From Heterodontus francisci (taxonomy: Eukaryota), in assembly GCF_036365525.1 (NCBI RefSeq), contig NC_090404.1, positions 9,858,001 to 9,922,000 of the forward strand: DNA of 64,000 bases. The letters are read 5' to 3'. Positions 35,255 through 47,045 of the stretch are shown in pieces. The notes under the pieces were generated by a model that saw only the letters and a list, made by a program, of their open reading frames with translations, was not told the origin of the DNA and did not search any database. Position 1 is the stretch's first letter, and each line of letters begins with the position of its first letter. Position numbers and translations under genes: made by a program.

Positions 35255-38200
35255 CAGAGCATGACTGAGTACAGGAGCAAGGATGTCTTACTGCAGTTAT
35301 ACAGAGCTTTGGTGAGACCATGTCTGGAATATTGTGTGCAGTTTTGGTCTCCTTATCTGAGGAAGGATGTTCTTGCCATGGAGGGAGTGCAAAGAAGATT
35401 CATTGGGCTTATTCCTGGGATGGCAGGATTGACGTATGAGGACATATTGGGTCGACTAGGCCTATATTCACAATAGTTTTGAAGAATGAGAGGGGATCTC
35501 ATAGAAACCTATAAAATTCTAACAGGACTAGACAGGCTAGATGCAGGGAGGATGTTCCCGATGGCTGGGGAGTCCAGAACCAGGTGTCACAGTCTCAGGA
35601 TATGGGGTATGCCATTTAAAACCGAGATGAGGAGAAATTTCTTCACTCAGAAGGTGGTGAACTTGTGGAATTCTCTACTGCATAATGCAGTGGATGCCAA
35701 ATCATTAAATATATTCAAGAAGGAGATCGATATATTTCTTAATGCCAAATGGATAAAGGGATATGGGGAGAAAGTGGGAATGGGTACTGAATTAGACGAT
35801 GAGCCATGATCTTTTTTGAATGGTGGAGCAGGCCCGAAGGGCCAAATGGCCTACTCCTGCTCCTATTTTCTATGCTTTCTATGACTGGTCCTTTTTATTT
35901 TTATTTTATTTTATTTTGCTCCCTCTTTTTTTAACCGTGTGCCTTCCTACTCGTTTTTTCATGTGTGTGCTTTTAGCTAGGGCTGCTCATTATTCTGTCA
36001 TTAACCCTCCCTTTGCACGAATGCTTTGTCTTTCATGGCACCCTCAGCGCACTCTCTTTACCTATGACCTATTACCTTGTCAGTTAATCTCTCTGGTCCA
36101 CTGTCCCAGCACACATCTTCCCTTTTTTCCTCTTTCCCCTCCACCCCCACTTAACTTGTTTAAAACCTACTACATGTCTAACCTTTGCCAGTTCTGATTA
36201 AAGGTCACTGACCGGAAACGTTCACTCTGCTTCTCTCTCCACACATGCTGCCAGATGTACTGAGATTTTCCAGCACTTTTTGTTTGTATTTCAGATTTCC
36301 AGCATCTGCAGTATTTTGCTTTCATTTATTATTATGCAAATGCAGCATTTCTATTCAAGAAAGGGGGGTGACAGAAAGTAGGAAACCATTGGCAATTTAG
36401 CCTAACATTTGTCATTGGGAAAATACTAGAATCGATTATGAAGGAAGCAGTAGCAGGACATTTAGAAAATTATTTGTCAGACAGTGAGGATGACACCAAT
36501 CAACTGCAGCAGGACACAGATAGGCGAGCAGAATGGGCAGGCAAGTGGCAGCTGGAAGTTAATATAGAGAAATGTGAGGTAATGCATTTTGGCAAAAGGG
36601 GTAAGGAGAGGCAATATAGACTAAATGATACAGTTCTAAAGAGGGCACAAGAGCAGAGAGACCTGAGGTTCATGTGCATAGATCTTTAAAAGTGGCAGGA
36701 CACATTGAGAGTAGTTCGCAAAGCCTATGGGATCGTGGGCTTCAAAGATAAAGGTATTAAGTACAAAAGCAGGAAGGTTATGCTGAGTCTTTATAAAGCT
36801 TTGGTTAGGTTACAACTAAGGTATTGCTTCAAGTTCTGGTCACTGCACTTTTTAGAATTAGAATTAGAACATTACAGCGCAGTACAGGCCCTTCGGCCCT
36901 CGATGTTGCGCCGACCTGTGAAACCATCTGACCTACACTATTCCATTTTCATCCATATGTCTATCCAATGACCACTTAAATGCCCTTAAAGTTGGCGAGT
37001 CTACTACTGTTGCAGGCAGGGCGTTCCACGCCCCTACTACTCTCTGACTAAAGAAACTACCTCTGACATCTGTCCTATATCTATCACCCCTCAACTTAAA
37101 GCTATGTCCCCTCGTGTTTGCCATCACCATCCGAGGAAAAAGACTCTCACTATCCACCCTATCTAACCCTCTGATTATCTTATATGTCTCTATTAAGTCA
37201 CCTCTCCTCCTCCTTCTCTCCAATGAAAAACAACCTCAAGTCCCTCAGCCTTTCCTCGTAAGACCTTCCCTCCATACCAGGCAACATCCTAGTAAATCTC
37301 CTCTGCACCCTTTCCATAGCTTCCACATCCTTCCTATAATGCGGTGACCAGAACTGCACGCAATACTCCAGGTGTGGTCTCACCAGAGTTTTGTACAGCT
37401 GCAGCATGACATCGTGGCTCCGAAACTCGATCCCCCTACTAATAAAAGCTAACACACCATATGCCTTCTTAACAGCCCTATTAACCTGGGTAGCACCTTC
37501 AGGGATTTATGCACCTGGACACCAAGATCTCTCTGTTCATCTACACTACCAAGAATCTTCCCATTAGCCCAGTACTCTGCATTCCTGTTACTCCTTCCAA
37601 AGTGAATCACCTCACACTTTTCCGCATTAAACTCCATTTGCCATCTCTCAGCCCAGCTCTGCAGCCTATCTATGTCCCTCTGTATCCATCCTTTAGGAAG
37701 GATTTGAAGGTGCAGAGGCGGATTTGCCAGAATGGTTCCAGAGATAAGGGATATTAGCTACAAGGTAATGAGAAGTTGTTCTCCTTGGAGCAAAGCAGAT
37801 CGAAGGGAGATTTGATAGAGGTGTACATGATTATGACAGGTTTGGATAGAGTAGACAAAGAAATGCTGCTCCATTAGCTGATGGTACATGGACTAAGAGA
37901 TACAGATTTAAGGTTTTGTGGAAGAGATGCAATGAGTATATGAGGAAGGACTTCTTTACACATCGAGTGGTAATGACCTGGAACTTGCTGCCTATGAGAG
38001 TGGTGGAAGCAGAGATGATGAATGATTTCAAAAGGGAAATACATTTTCAGGGCTACGGGGATAGAGCTGGTGAATGGGATTGATTGGATTTCTCTACAGA
38101 GCGCCAGTATGGACTCGGTGGGTTGAATGGCCTCCTTCTGTGCTGTTATGACTCTAGGACTCTATTAAGCAATCAGGCAGATTCAACATGGTTTATGAAA

Positions 38201-39460
38201 GGGAAATTGTATTTGACAGATTTATTACAATTCTTTGAGAATGTAACAAGCCGGGTGGATAAAAGGGAACCAGTAGATACCATGCATTTGGATTTCTAAA
38301 AGGCGTCCGATAAGGTGCCACATAAAAGGTTACTATACAAGATAAGAGCTCATGGTGTTGGGGATAATATTTTAGCATGCATGGAGGATTGGCTAACTAT
38401 CAGGAAACAGAAAGTCAGGAGAAATGGGCATTTTCAGGTTGGCAAACCGTAACTAGTTGAGTGCCACAGGGATCAGTTCTGGGGCCTCAACTATTTACAA
38501 TCTATAATACTGACTTGGATGCAGGGACCAATATTGTGGACAATACGAAGACAAGTTGGAAAGCAAATTGTAAGGAGGACACAACTGCCTGCAAAGAGAT
38601 ATAGATAGGTTAAGTGAGTGGGCAAAAATTTGGCAGATGGAGCATAATGTGGGAAAATGTGAAGTTGTCCACTTGGGCAGGAAGGATAGAAAAGCAGAAC
38701 ATTATTTACATGGAGAGAGACTGCAGAATGCTGTGATACAGAGAATTCTGGGCGTCCTCGTACATGAATCACAAAAAGTTATCCTGCATGTACAGCAAGT
38801 AATTAGGAAGGCAAATAGAATATTGGTGTTAATAAGGGAATGGAGTATAAATGTAAGGAAGTATTGCTACAACTATACAGGGCACTGGTGAGACCCCACC
38901 TAGAAAACTGCATACAGTTTTGGTCTCCTTACATAAGGAGGGATGTACTTGCATTGGAAGCAGTCCAGAGAAGTTTCACTAGGCTGATTCCTTGGATGAA
39001 GGGGTTGTCGTATGAGAAAAGGTTGAGCAGGTTAGGCCTATACTGATTAGAGTTCAGAAGAATGAGAAATGATCTTATTGAAACATATAAGATTCTGAAA
39101 GTATTTGAAAGGGTAGATGCTGAGAGGATGTTCCCCTCATGAGGGAATCTAGAACTAGGGGGCACAGTTTCAAAATAAGGGGTCTCCCATTTAATATGGA
39201 GGTGAAGAGGGATTTCTTCTCTCAGAGGGTCGTTAATGTTTGGAATTCTCTTCCCCCGAGGGTAGTGGAAGCTTGGTCCTTGAATATATTCAAAGCTGAG
39301 TTAGACAAATTTTTGATCTACAGGGGGGTCAAGAGTTATGGGCGGCAGGCAGGAAAGTGGAGTGAAGGCCAGGATCAGATCAGCCATAATCTAACTGAAT
39401 GACAGAGCCAACTCGAGGGGCCGAATGGCCTTCTCCTGCTCCAATTTTTATGTTCTTATA
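35255..39460. mobile_element. pile of CR1 3' fragments (35255-35885 +, 36340-36850 +, nested 36853-37685 -, 37685-38155 +, 38170-39460 +) plus a Penelope terminal piece (35885-36325)
   Basis: Repeated LYRALVRPxLEYCVQFWSP/RGDLIETYKI motifs in the ORF track; hammerhead-like cagttctgattaaaggtcactgaccggaaacgtt at 36189-36222. Confidence 0.85.
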
Positions 39461-39605
39461 GACAGATAGATAATTAGGTAGATGGATGGATAGATAGTTA
39501 GCTGGATAGATAGATCGATGGATATATAGATAGATAGAGAGATAGATAGATGGATGGGTGGATAGACAGACAGACAGACAGATAGATATATAGATGGATG
39601 GATGA
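39460..39605. repeat. (GATA/GATG/GACA)n microsatellite
   Basis: Direct inspection. Confidence 0.9.
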
Positions 39606-40044
39606 AAGAATGCATTTAGTCTTGTGAATAACTATCAGCAGCTGTGTACAATTCTAATTGCTCCGGTATTATGTGGATAATATTTGTGTTGAAAGGATGG
39701 GGTGAATCTTGAAACAATCTCCCAGAGATGAACTGGGATTGAGGGACAGGACTCAAGGTGAGCAGTAGTTCACTGCACTTCACACTACTTAGTGACAAAC
39801 TCTGTCGTGTTAAAAGTTTACTAATTTATGTTTGTGATGTACTGTGTTAAGGATTGTTTTTTTCCCTGTACGATTTTTCTATTTAACTTTCGCCTGACCC
39901 ACTGCTTGTGTTGGACAGAATCCGGAACCGTGTCCTCACAGCATCACCAGATGGGCTGCCGTAGGGTCCTAATGACCACCCGATTACATCTCTCAACTGG
40001 TTCAGTGGTGCAACTGAAACCAGCTCACACAAAATTATTTCTAT

Positions 40045-40182
40045 GCGTGTGTGTGTGTGTGTGTGTGTGTGGTGGCCGGGGGTGGTGGTGGGGGTTATGT
40101 GTGTGGGTGGGTGTTCTGTTGGTGGGTCTGTGTGTGAGGTATATGTGTGTGTGTGTGGTGTGTGTGTGTGTGCAGTGTGTGG
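40045..40182. repeat. (TG)n-rich tract
   Basis: Direct inspection. Confidence 0.9.
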
Positions 40183-40419
40183 GTACAGCATGCCACGAAC
40201 ACACAATTCTTTACGCTTGCAATGCATTGCACCAAGATAAGTGATTATGGCCACCAAGTGTTTTTCAACATTTTATTCAATTCCGATTTATTTAAAATGT
40301 AATAAAATTGCAAATCATTTAATAACAGTAACAATTATTCACAACCCATTCTGTTGGGTGACCTTGTTTAGAAAGCAAGCTCAAACTGACCAATCCGTTA
40401 GCAAGGCGAGAACATCTGT

Positions 40420-41470
40420 CACCGAACTCACTGAACCTCTCTCTCAGAATGCACCTAACACACTGATCCTCTCTCCAATGCTCAGAATGCACCGAACTCA
40501 CTGAACCTCTCTCTCCAACTGCACCTAACACACTGATCCTCTCTCCTCTATCTCAGACTGAACACACTGAACCTCTCTCCTCTATCTCAGTGAACACACT
40601 GAACCTCTCTCCTCTCTCTCAGACTGAACTCACTGAACCTCTCTTCTATCCTCAGACTGAACTCACTGAACCTCTCTCCTCTATCTCAGACTGAACACAC
40701 TGAACCTCTCTCCTCTCTCTCAGACTGAACTCACTGAACCTCTCTCCTCTCTCTCAGACTGAACTCACTGAACCTCTCTCCTCTCTCTCAGACTGAACTC
40801 ACTGAACCTCTCTCCTCTCTCTCAGACTGAACTCACTGAACCTCTCTCCTATCCTCAGACTGAACTCACTGAACCTCTCTCCTCTCTCTCTCAGACTGAA
40901 CTCACTGAACCTCTCTCCTCTCTCTCAGACTGAACTCACTGAACCTCTCTCCTCTCTCTCAGACTGAACTCACTGAACCTCTCTCCTCTCTCTCAGACTG
41001 AACTCACTGATCCTCTCTCCAATCCTCAGACTGAACACACTGATCCTCTCTCCTCTCTCTCAGACTGAACTCACTGAACCTCTCTCCTCTCTCTCTCAGA
41101 CTGAACTCACTGAACCTCTCTCCTCTCTCTCTCAGACTGAACTCACTGAACCTCTCTCCTCTCTCTCTCAGACTGAACTCACTGAACCTCTCTCCTCTCT
41201 CTCTCAGACTGAACTCACTGAACCTCTCTCCTCTCTCTCTCAGACTGAACTCACTGAACCTCTCTCCTCTCTCTCTCAGACTGAACTCACTGAACCTCTC
41301 TCCTCTCTCTCTCAGACTGAACCCACTGAATCTCTCTCCTATCCTCAGACTGAACTCACTGAACCTCTCTCCTCTCTCTCAGACTGAACTCACTGAACCT
41401 CTCTCCTGTCCTCAGATTGCACCGAACCAATTGAACCTCTCTCCTCTCTCTCACACTGAACTCTCTCCTC
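40420..41470. repeat. 34-36-bp minisatellite (ctcagactgaactcactgaacctctctcctctct)n
   Basis: About 28 units, highly homogeneous from 40620 to 41400. Confidence 0.95.
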
Positions 41471-42844
41471 TCTCTTCCCCCCAAACCCCACCCCCCCCCC
41501 ACCCCCCCCACCACCCTCCGTCTTTCTCTCTCTCGCTTTCTCTCTCACTCAGGCAGAGCTTGACTCACTTAAAATCTTCTATTTTCAAATGATTCGCTTT
41601 GTTGAAAATTCATTTTGTTAATTTCCCCCAATTTCTCCCTGTGATTATCCTCAATCCAAATCTCCCTTCAGTGAATACATTAAAACCAAAACAAACCTCA
41701 TGTGTTTTATTCTTTAAGATGAGAAGGGAGGTCAATGCAATGTTGATCCCAGAAACAATCTGTGTGCTGGTTCTTGATGCTGTCAGAGTGAATCCACCCT
41801 CACATGCAGGAGGACTGTTCATGGTGATAACATGAAACTGACAGCTGCTGTTTCATTCTCAGGCAACACAACTTCCTGTTTCTCTGCTGCCGGTTCCAAA
41901 CCGCACATCTCACTTCTGAGCAGAAAATAAATCCAGGGGCCACAATCTGGTGGAAACATCTGCCAAGGTGGCCTATATCTGTCCACAGAGTCGGTGCAGA
42001 GTCACACAGATCACATTGTGGTGACATTTACAAATGAACCTGTTTGTGTTTCGCGTCTCCATGCCTGGACATTACTGGCGATGTCTGAGGATCAGTCACT
42101 GAGCTCGCTCTGCTCTCTGAAGCCGGGAGCTGGATGTTTTCTCCCTTTCAAGTTTATATCATTCTCGCTTTGTGTTCCTTGATTCCTCGACTTCTCAGCT
42201 TTTATCTCTATCGTGTTTCTGTCTTTTTAAAATCTCTCTCAGTCTTTATCTCATTCTCTCATATCTCCCGCCACCTGTATGTGTTCCTATTTGATGGTGG
42301 TGTTCAAAATAGTGAGGGATTTTTGATAGGTTATATGAGAAGAAACAGGGGTTGTCCTCCTTAGAGCAGAGAAAGTTAAGGGGAGATTTAATAGAAATGT
42401 GCAAAATCAGGAAGGATTTTTGATAGAATAGATATGGAGAAACTGTTTCCAATAGTAGGAGAGTTTGTAACCAGAGGACTCAGAGATTTAAGATATTTGG
42501 CAACAGAACCAGAGGGGGCGATGAGAAGAATTTTGTTTAAAACAGCGATTGATTGGTTGTGATCTAGAATGTACAGCCTGAAAGGGCGCTGGAAACAGAT
42601 TGAATAGTTCAAAGGGAATTGGATAAATACCTGACAGGAAGCTAATTAGCAGCTTTATGAGGAATGGGACTAATTGGACAGCTCACTCAGTTTTGCAGTG
42701 CTCTGAACTTTCCTCTGGTGAGATTTAGAAATTTTATTTTTCAGTCATAATGTGCCTTAAACAGAAGTTTTTAAACATTGGTTTCTACAAACTGTCAATT
42801 CCAGCCTCTCTGTTTCTGTGTAACACGGCGACTGCAAAAAAGAA

Positions 42845-43300
42845 AAATAAAGATTTACATTCATATAGTGCCTTTAATGACCGCCGTACGTCTCAAAACG
42901 CTTTGCAGCCAATGAACCTTTGAAGTGCAGTCACTGTTTCAATGTCAGAAACACAGCAGACACTTTGCAAACAGCAAACTCCCACATACAGCAGTGTGAC
43001 AATGATCAGATAATCTGCTATTGTGATGTCGATTAAGGGATAAATATTGGCCAAGACACAAGGGATAACTCCCTTGCTTACCTTCCAAACAGGGCCATGG
43101 GATCTTTTACATTCACCCAAACAAGCAGACAGGGCCTCAGTTGAACATCGCATGGGAAAGACAACACCTCTGCCACCTCAACAGTTCCTCAACAGTGCAG
43201 TGCAGGGTCACTCTTGATTTTCGTGCTCAAGCTCTGGAATGCGTCTTGAACATGGAAGCTTGTGACTCAGGGCTGAAAGTGTTGCCAACTGAGCCACAGC
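42845..43300 (-). mobile_element. DeuSINE/SacSINE1-like SINE
   Basis: Minus-strand head tggctcagttggcaacact..ctgagtca, Deu-domain-like tgagatgttcaac/tgtaaaagatcccatggc, tail aaagcgttttgagacg..ggcactatatgaatgtaaatctt. Confidence 0.7.
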
Positions 43301-43881
43301 TGACAGCTGCAGAGGGATGAGAAGGAACAGATTATTTTCAGTTCCTCTGAGACATGCACTACTACACCTCAGATATCAGAAAACTCTGGAGTCCACCAAG
43401 ACCTCAGTCAGCTCTTAGTCAGGAGGAGTCGGTCACACGTGCCTCTGTCATGATGGTTTCACTCTTATTTTATCACACAAGTCCCTGATTCACTCACCAG
43501 AACGCAGAAGCCTGCACTAGGCCCAAAATATCATTGTTTCGCCGCACCTTGTCATTCTATTGCAATCTGGTGTTTATTAGGCCACCTGCCCCCCTCAATG
43601 TAAGACTACCCATAGTAAAAACAGCTTCTGTTATTGATACACTGGATCCTGCCTCTGTGATTATTATTACAATACCAGGTCCCAGTCCTCCCCGGGCCCT
43701 GCAGTCATATTTCCCCACCCCCTTCACAAAAGCAAGGATGAAGAGATTTATTTACGAGTGTCCTGGGAAGGCCTGCCTTGCTGGACGGAGAAACTGTCCA
43801 GGATTGTTCTGTCTTCCATTCCCTTCACTTCTTCTGAGTCTAAGAAGTGAGCAAAAGGTCAGAAAGACTTGCAGTTAGTTT

Positions 43882-44215
43882 GGGAGGCAGTGACGCAGTG
43901 TTCATGTCACTGGACTAGTAATCCAGAACCCAGGCTAATGCTGTAGGGACACGGGTTCAAATCCCACCACTACAGATGGTGAAATGCGAATTCAGTTAAT
44001 CAATCTGGAATTAAAAGCTAGTCTAATGATGACCATGAAATCATTCTCGATGGTTGTAAAAACCCATCTGGTTCACTAATAACCATTACAGAAAGAAATC
44101 TGCCGTCCTTACCTGGTCAGACCTACATGGCACTCCAGACCCACTCAGTTCAAATGCAATTAGGGATGGTAATAAATGCTGACGCCCACATCCCACAAAC
44201 GAATTAAAAACAAAA
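43882..44215 (+). mobile_element. tRNA-derived SINE (same family as 3093-3472)
   Basis: gggaggcagtg..gtcactggactagtaatccaga..gggttcaaatcccacc..ctggaattaaaagctagtctaatg. Confidence 0.8.
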
Positions 44216-44339
44216 AGGAGCATCGGCCTAGATTATGTTGTCGAGTCTCCGGAGTGGCATTTCAACACACAACCATCAGATTCAGGGGTGAGAGCATCAC
44301 CAATTAGTCAATGCTGACATAATCTGTTCCCAGTTGCCA

Positions 44340-46690
44340 TTATACCAGACAGTGTCTAGTGTAATATAAACAGAGACAGGGCCCAGTGGAGTATAAACAG
44401 AGACAGGGCCTAGTTTAATACAAAACAGAGACAGGGCCCAGTGGAGTATAAACAGAGACAGGGCCCAGTGGAGTATAAACATAGACAGGGCCTAGTGCTG
44501 TAAGTTCACAGATAGGATCCAGTGTAACATAAAAGAAAGATGATGCAGTCCAGTGATAAGTGAGACAGGCTCTAGTGTAATATAAACTGATACAGGTCTA
44601 CTTAAGTATATACAGAGACCGGGTCTAGCCTAATATAAACAGGCAGGGCATAATGTAATGTAAAGAGAGTCGTGATCCAGTGCAGTAAGAACAGAGATAG
44701 GGTCCAATGTAAGATAAACAGACACAGGGTCTAATGTACTATAGATAGAGACAGGGTTTAGTGCAATATAAAGAGAGATGGAGTACAGTGTAATATAAAC
44801 AGAGACAGAGTATAGTGTAATAGATACAGAGATATGGTCTAGTATAATATAAACAGAGACAGGGTAGAGTGTAATATATACAGAGATGGGGACTAGTGTA
44901 ATATATATACAGAGACAAAGTATAGTGTAATAGATACAGAGATGTGTTCAAGTATAATATAAACAGACACAGGGTATATTGTAATATATCAAGGGATAAG
45001 GGAAGAAAGCAGGAACGGGGGTACTGAGTTTGGAAGATCAGCCATGATCGTATTGAATGGTGATGCAGGCTGCAAGGGCCGAATGGCCTACTCCTGCTCC
45101 TATTTTTCTATATTTCTAATATAAACAGAGATGGGATCTAGTGTAGTACAAACAGAGATGGGTCCAGTGTAATATAAGCAGATGCAGAGTATAGTGTAAT
45201 ATAAACAGATGCAGGGTACAGTGAAATATAAATTGAGAAGGGGTTCAGTGCAATATAAACAGAGATGGGGTCGAGTGTAATATAAATGGAGCAGGGTCTG
45301 GAGTAATATAAACAGAAACAGTGTATTGTGTAATATAAGATGAGATGGAGTCTAGTGTAATATGAACAGAGACAGAGTCTCGTGTAATATAAACATAGAC
45401 ATGGTCAATGTAATATAAAGAGAGACAGAGTCTGGTGTAATATAAACAGAGCTAGGGCCTTGTGTAATAACAATACAAACAAGGTCCAGTGTAATATGAA
45501 CAGACAGAGAGAGAGAGAGAGAGAGATCCTAGTGCAATTTTGGCACAATATTAACGAAGAGAGAGGGCTTAGACATGTTCTAGTGGAGTAATAATAGGAA
45601 CATCGTCCCGTGTAACATAAACGGAGACATTAACTGTCCAGAATTAATTGAAACTGGGTTTTTTATAGTATAAACAGACACAAGGTTTGGTGTAGCAAGA
45701 ACTGAGACTTTGCCAAATTTAATACAATCAGAAACATGGTCCTGTGTAGTAACTGCTGAGATGGGGCCTGGTGTGGAAATAACTCAGACAGTGACTGGTG
45801 TAATATGATCAGAGATAGGCTCTGTTATAATGTAAAGAGAAACAGGATCTTGTGCAGAAAAACTGAGACAGGGCCTAGTGCAGCAATTATTGATGCAGGA
45901 CCTACAGTAATATAAACCAACACTGGGTCTACTTTAGTAATTACTGAGACAGGGCCGGCAGCAGTAAAAACTGAGATTGCGTCTCGTGCATTGATAACAG
46001 GCACCATTTAGTGTAATCTAAACAGATACACGATCTAGTGTAATAGGAAGTGAGTCGACTGCAGTAATAATTGAGATGGAGTCTTGTGTAGTGTGTACAG
46101 GGACATGGTATAATGTATTCATAAGTGAAACAGGCTCTAGTATAATAAAAACTGAGACAAGACCCAGTGCAGTTTTCACTGATGGAGGACATTGTCCAAT
46201 ATAAACTGAGTCAGACCCTATTGCAGTATTTACTGATGCAGGACCTCGATTTATAGGAACTGAGACATGGAAAAGTGCAAGAAGAGGTGAGACAGGGTGC
46301 CCTGTAGGAGTAACGGAGAGATGGTTCAGTACAGTAATAACAGAGACAGGGCTTTGTGTGATAGAAACAGAACCGTGGTCTAGTGCAGGAATGACCTAGA
46401 CAGAGTATTGTGTGATGCAAGTAGAAACATGGTCCAATATATAAACACCTGAGATTGGGCCAATGCAGAAATAACTGAGGCATGGACTGTTTTTATATGA
46501 TCAGAGACAATGTTTGTTGGAATATAAATAGGAAAATGACCTTGTGAAATATAAAAAGAGACAGCATCTAGTATAATGTAGACTAAAGCAGGCTCTAGCA
46601 TCATATAAACTGGGACAGAGCCTAGTGCACTATGTACAGAGACAAGGTCTAGTGTAATATAAACAGAGACAGGGTCGAGGGCAGTAATAA
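44340..46690 (+). repeat. large 27-bp minisatellite array with a small CR1 tail at ~44990-45118
   Basis: (tagtgtaatataaacagagacagggtc)n, increasingly degenerate in the middle. Confidence 0.9.
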
Positions 46691-46734
46691 CTAAGGCCGT
46701 GTCTTTTTCACATAAATGTGAACAATCTGGCTTT

Positions 46735-46753
46735 CACTGACACCTGGTGGTTG
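46735..46753 (-). promoter_or_regulatory. CTCF motif (reverse)
   Basis: Reverse complement CAACCACCAGGTGTCAGTG sits at the position homologous to the 33275 site within the inverted duplicate. Confidence 0.45.
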
Positions 46754-47045
46754 TGTTTGGCCGTTGCTCCTATTGTGAAAATGTCGATGTCAGTTACTTT
46801 TTCTGATATTAATACACCAAGAAACAAATTGCATTGAGATACCAGCTCATCATTTTCTCTAGGGTGTCCCGAAATTTGAGGTGCGACAAATTCCAGATGA
46901 ACGTGGCCCATTTGTGCACAGAAACATCAGTAATGGAACAAAGTGGCCGAACTCCTTTAAATGTATTTTTGTTGATCTCGGTTGAAGGGGTTCCGGCACT
47001 TGTGGCAGAACCTGCCTCTCAAGGATTGACCTTAACTGGCAACAG

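Noticed and set aside
40420-41470. Minisatellite as a classical switch region
   Set aside because: It is 18 kb from CH1, its G-rich strand is the template strand relative to C-mu, and it has no AGCT palindromes.
44340-46690. 27-bp satellite as an RSS array or CRISPR-like array
   Set aside because: It lacks the invariant CAC and a nonamer, and has no unique spacers; an ordinary eukaryotic minisatellite.
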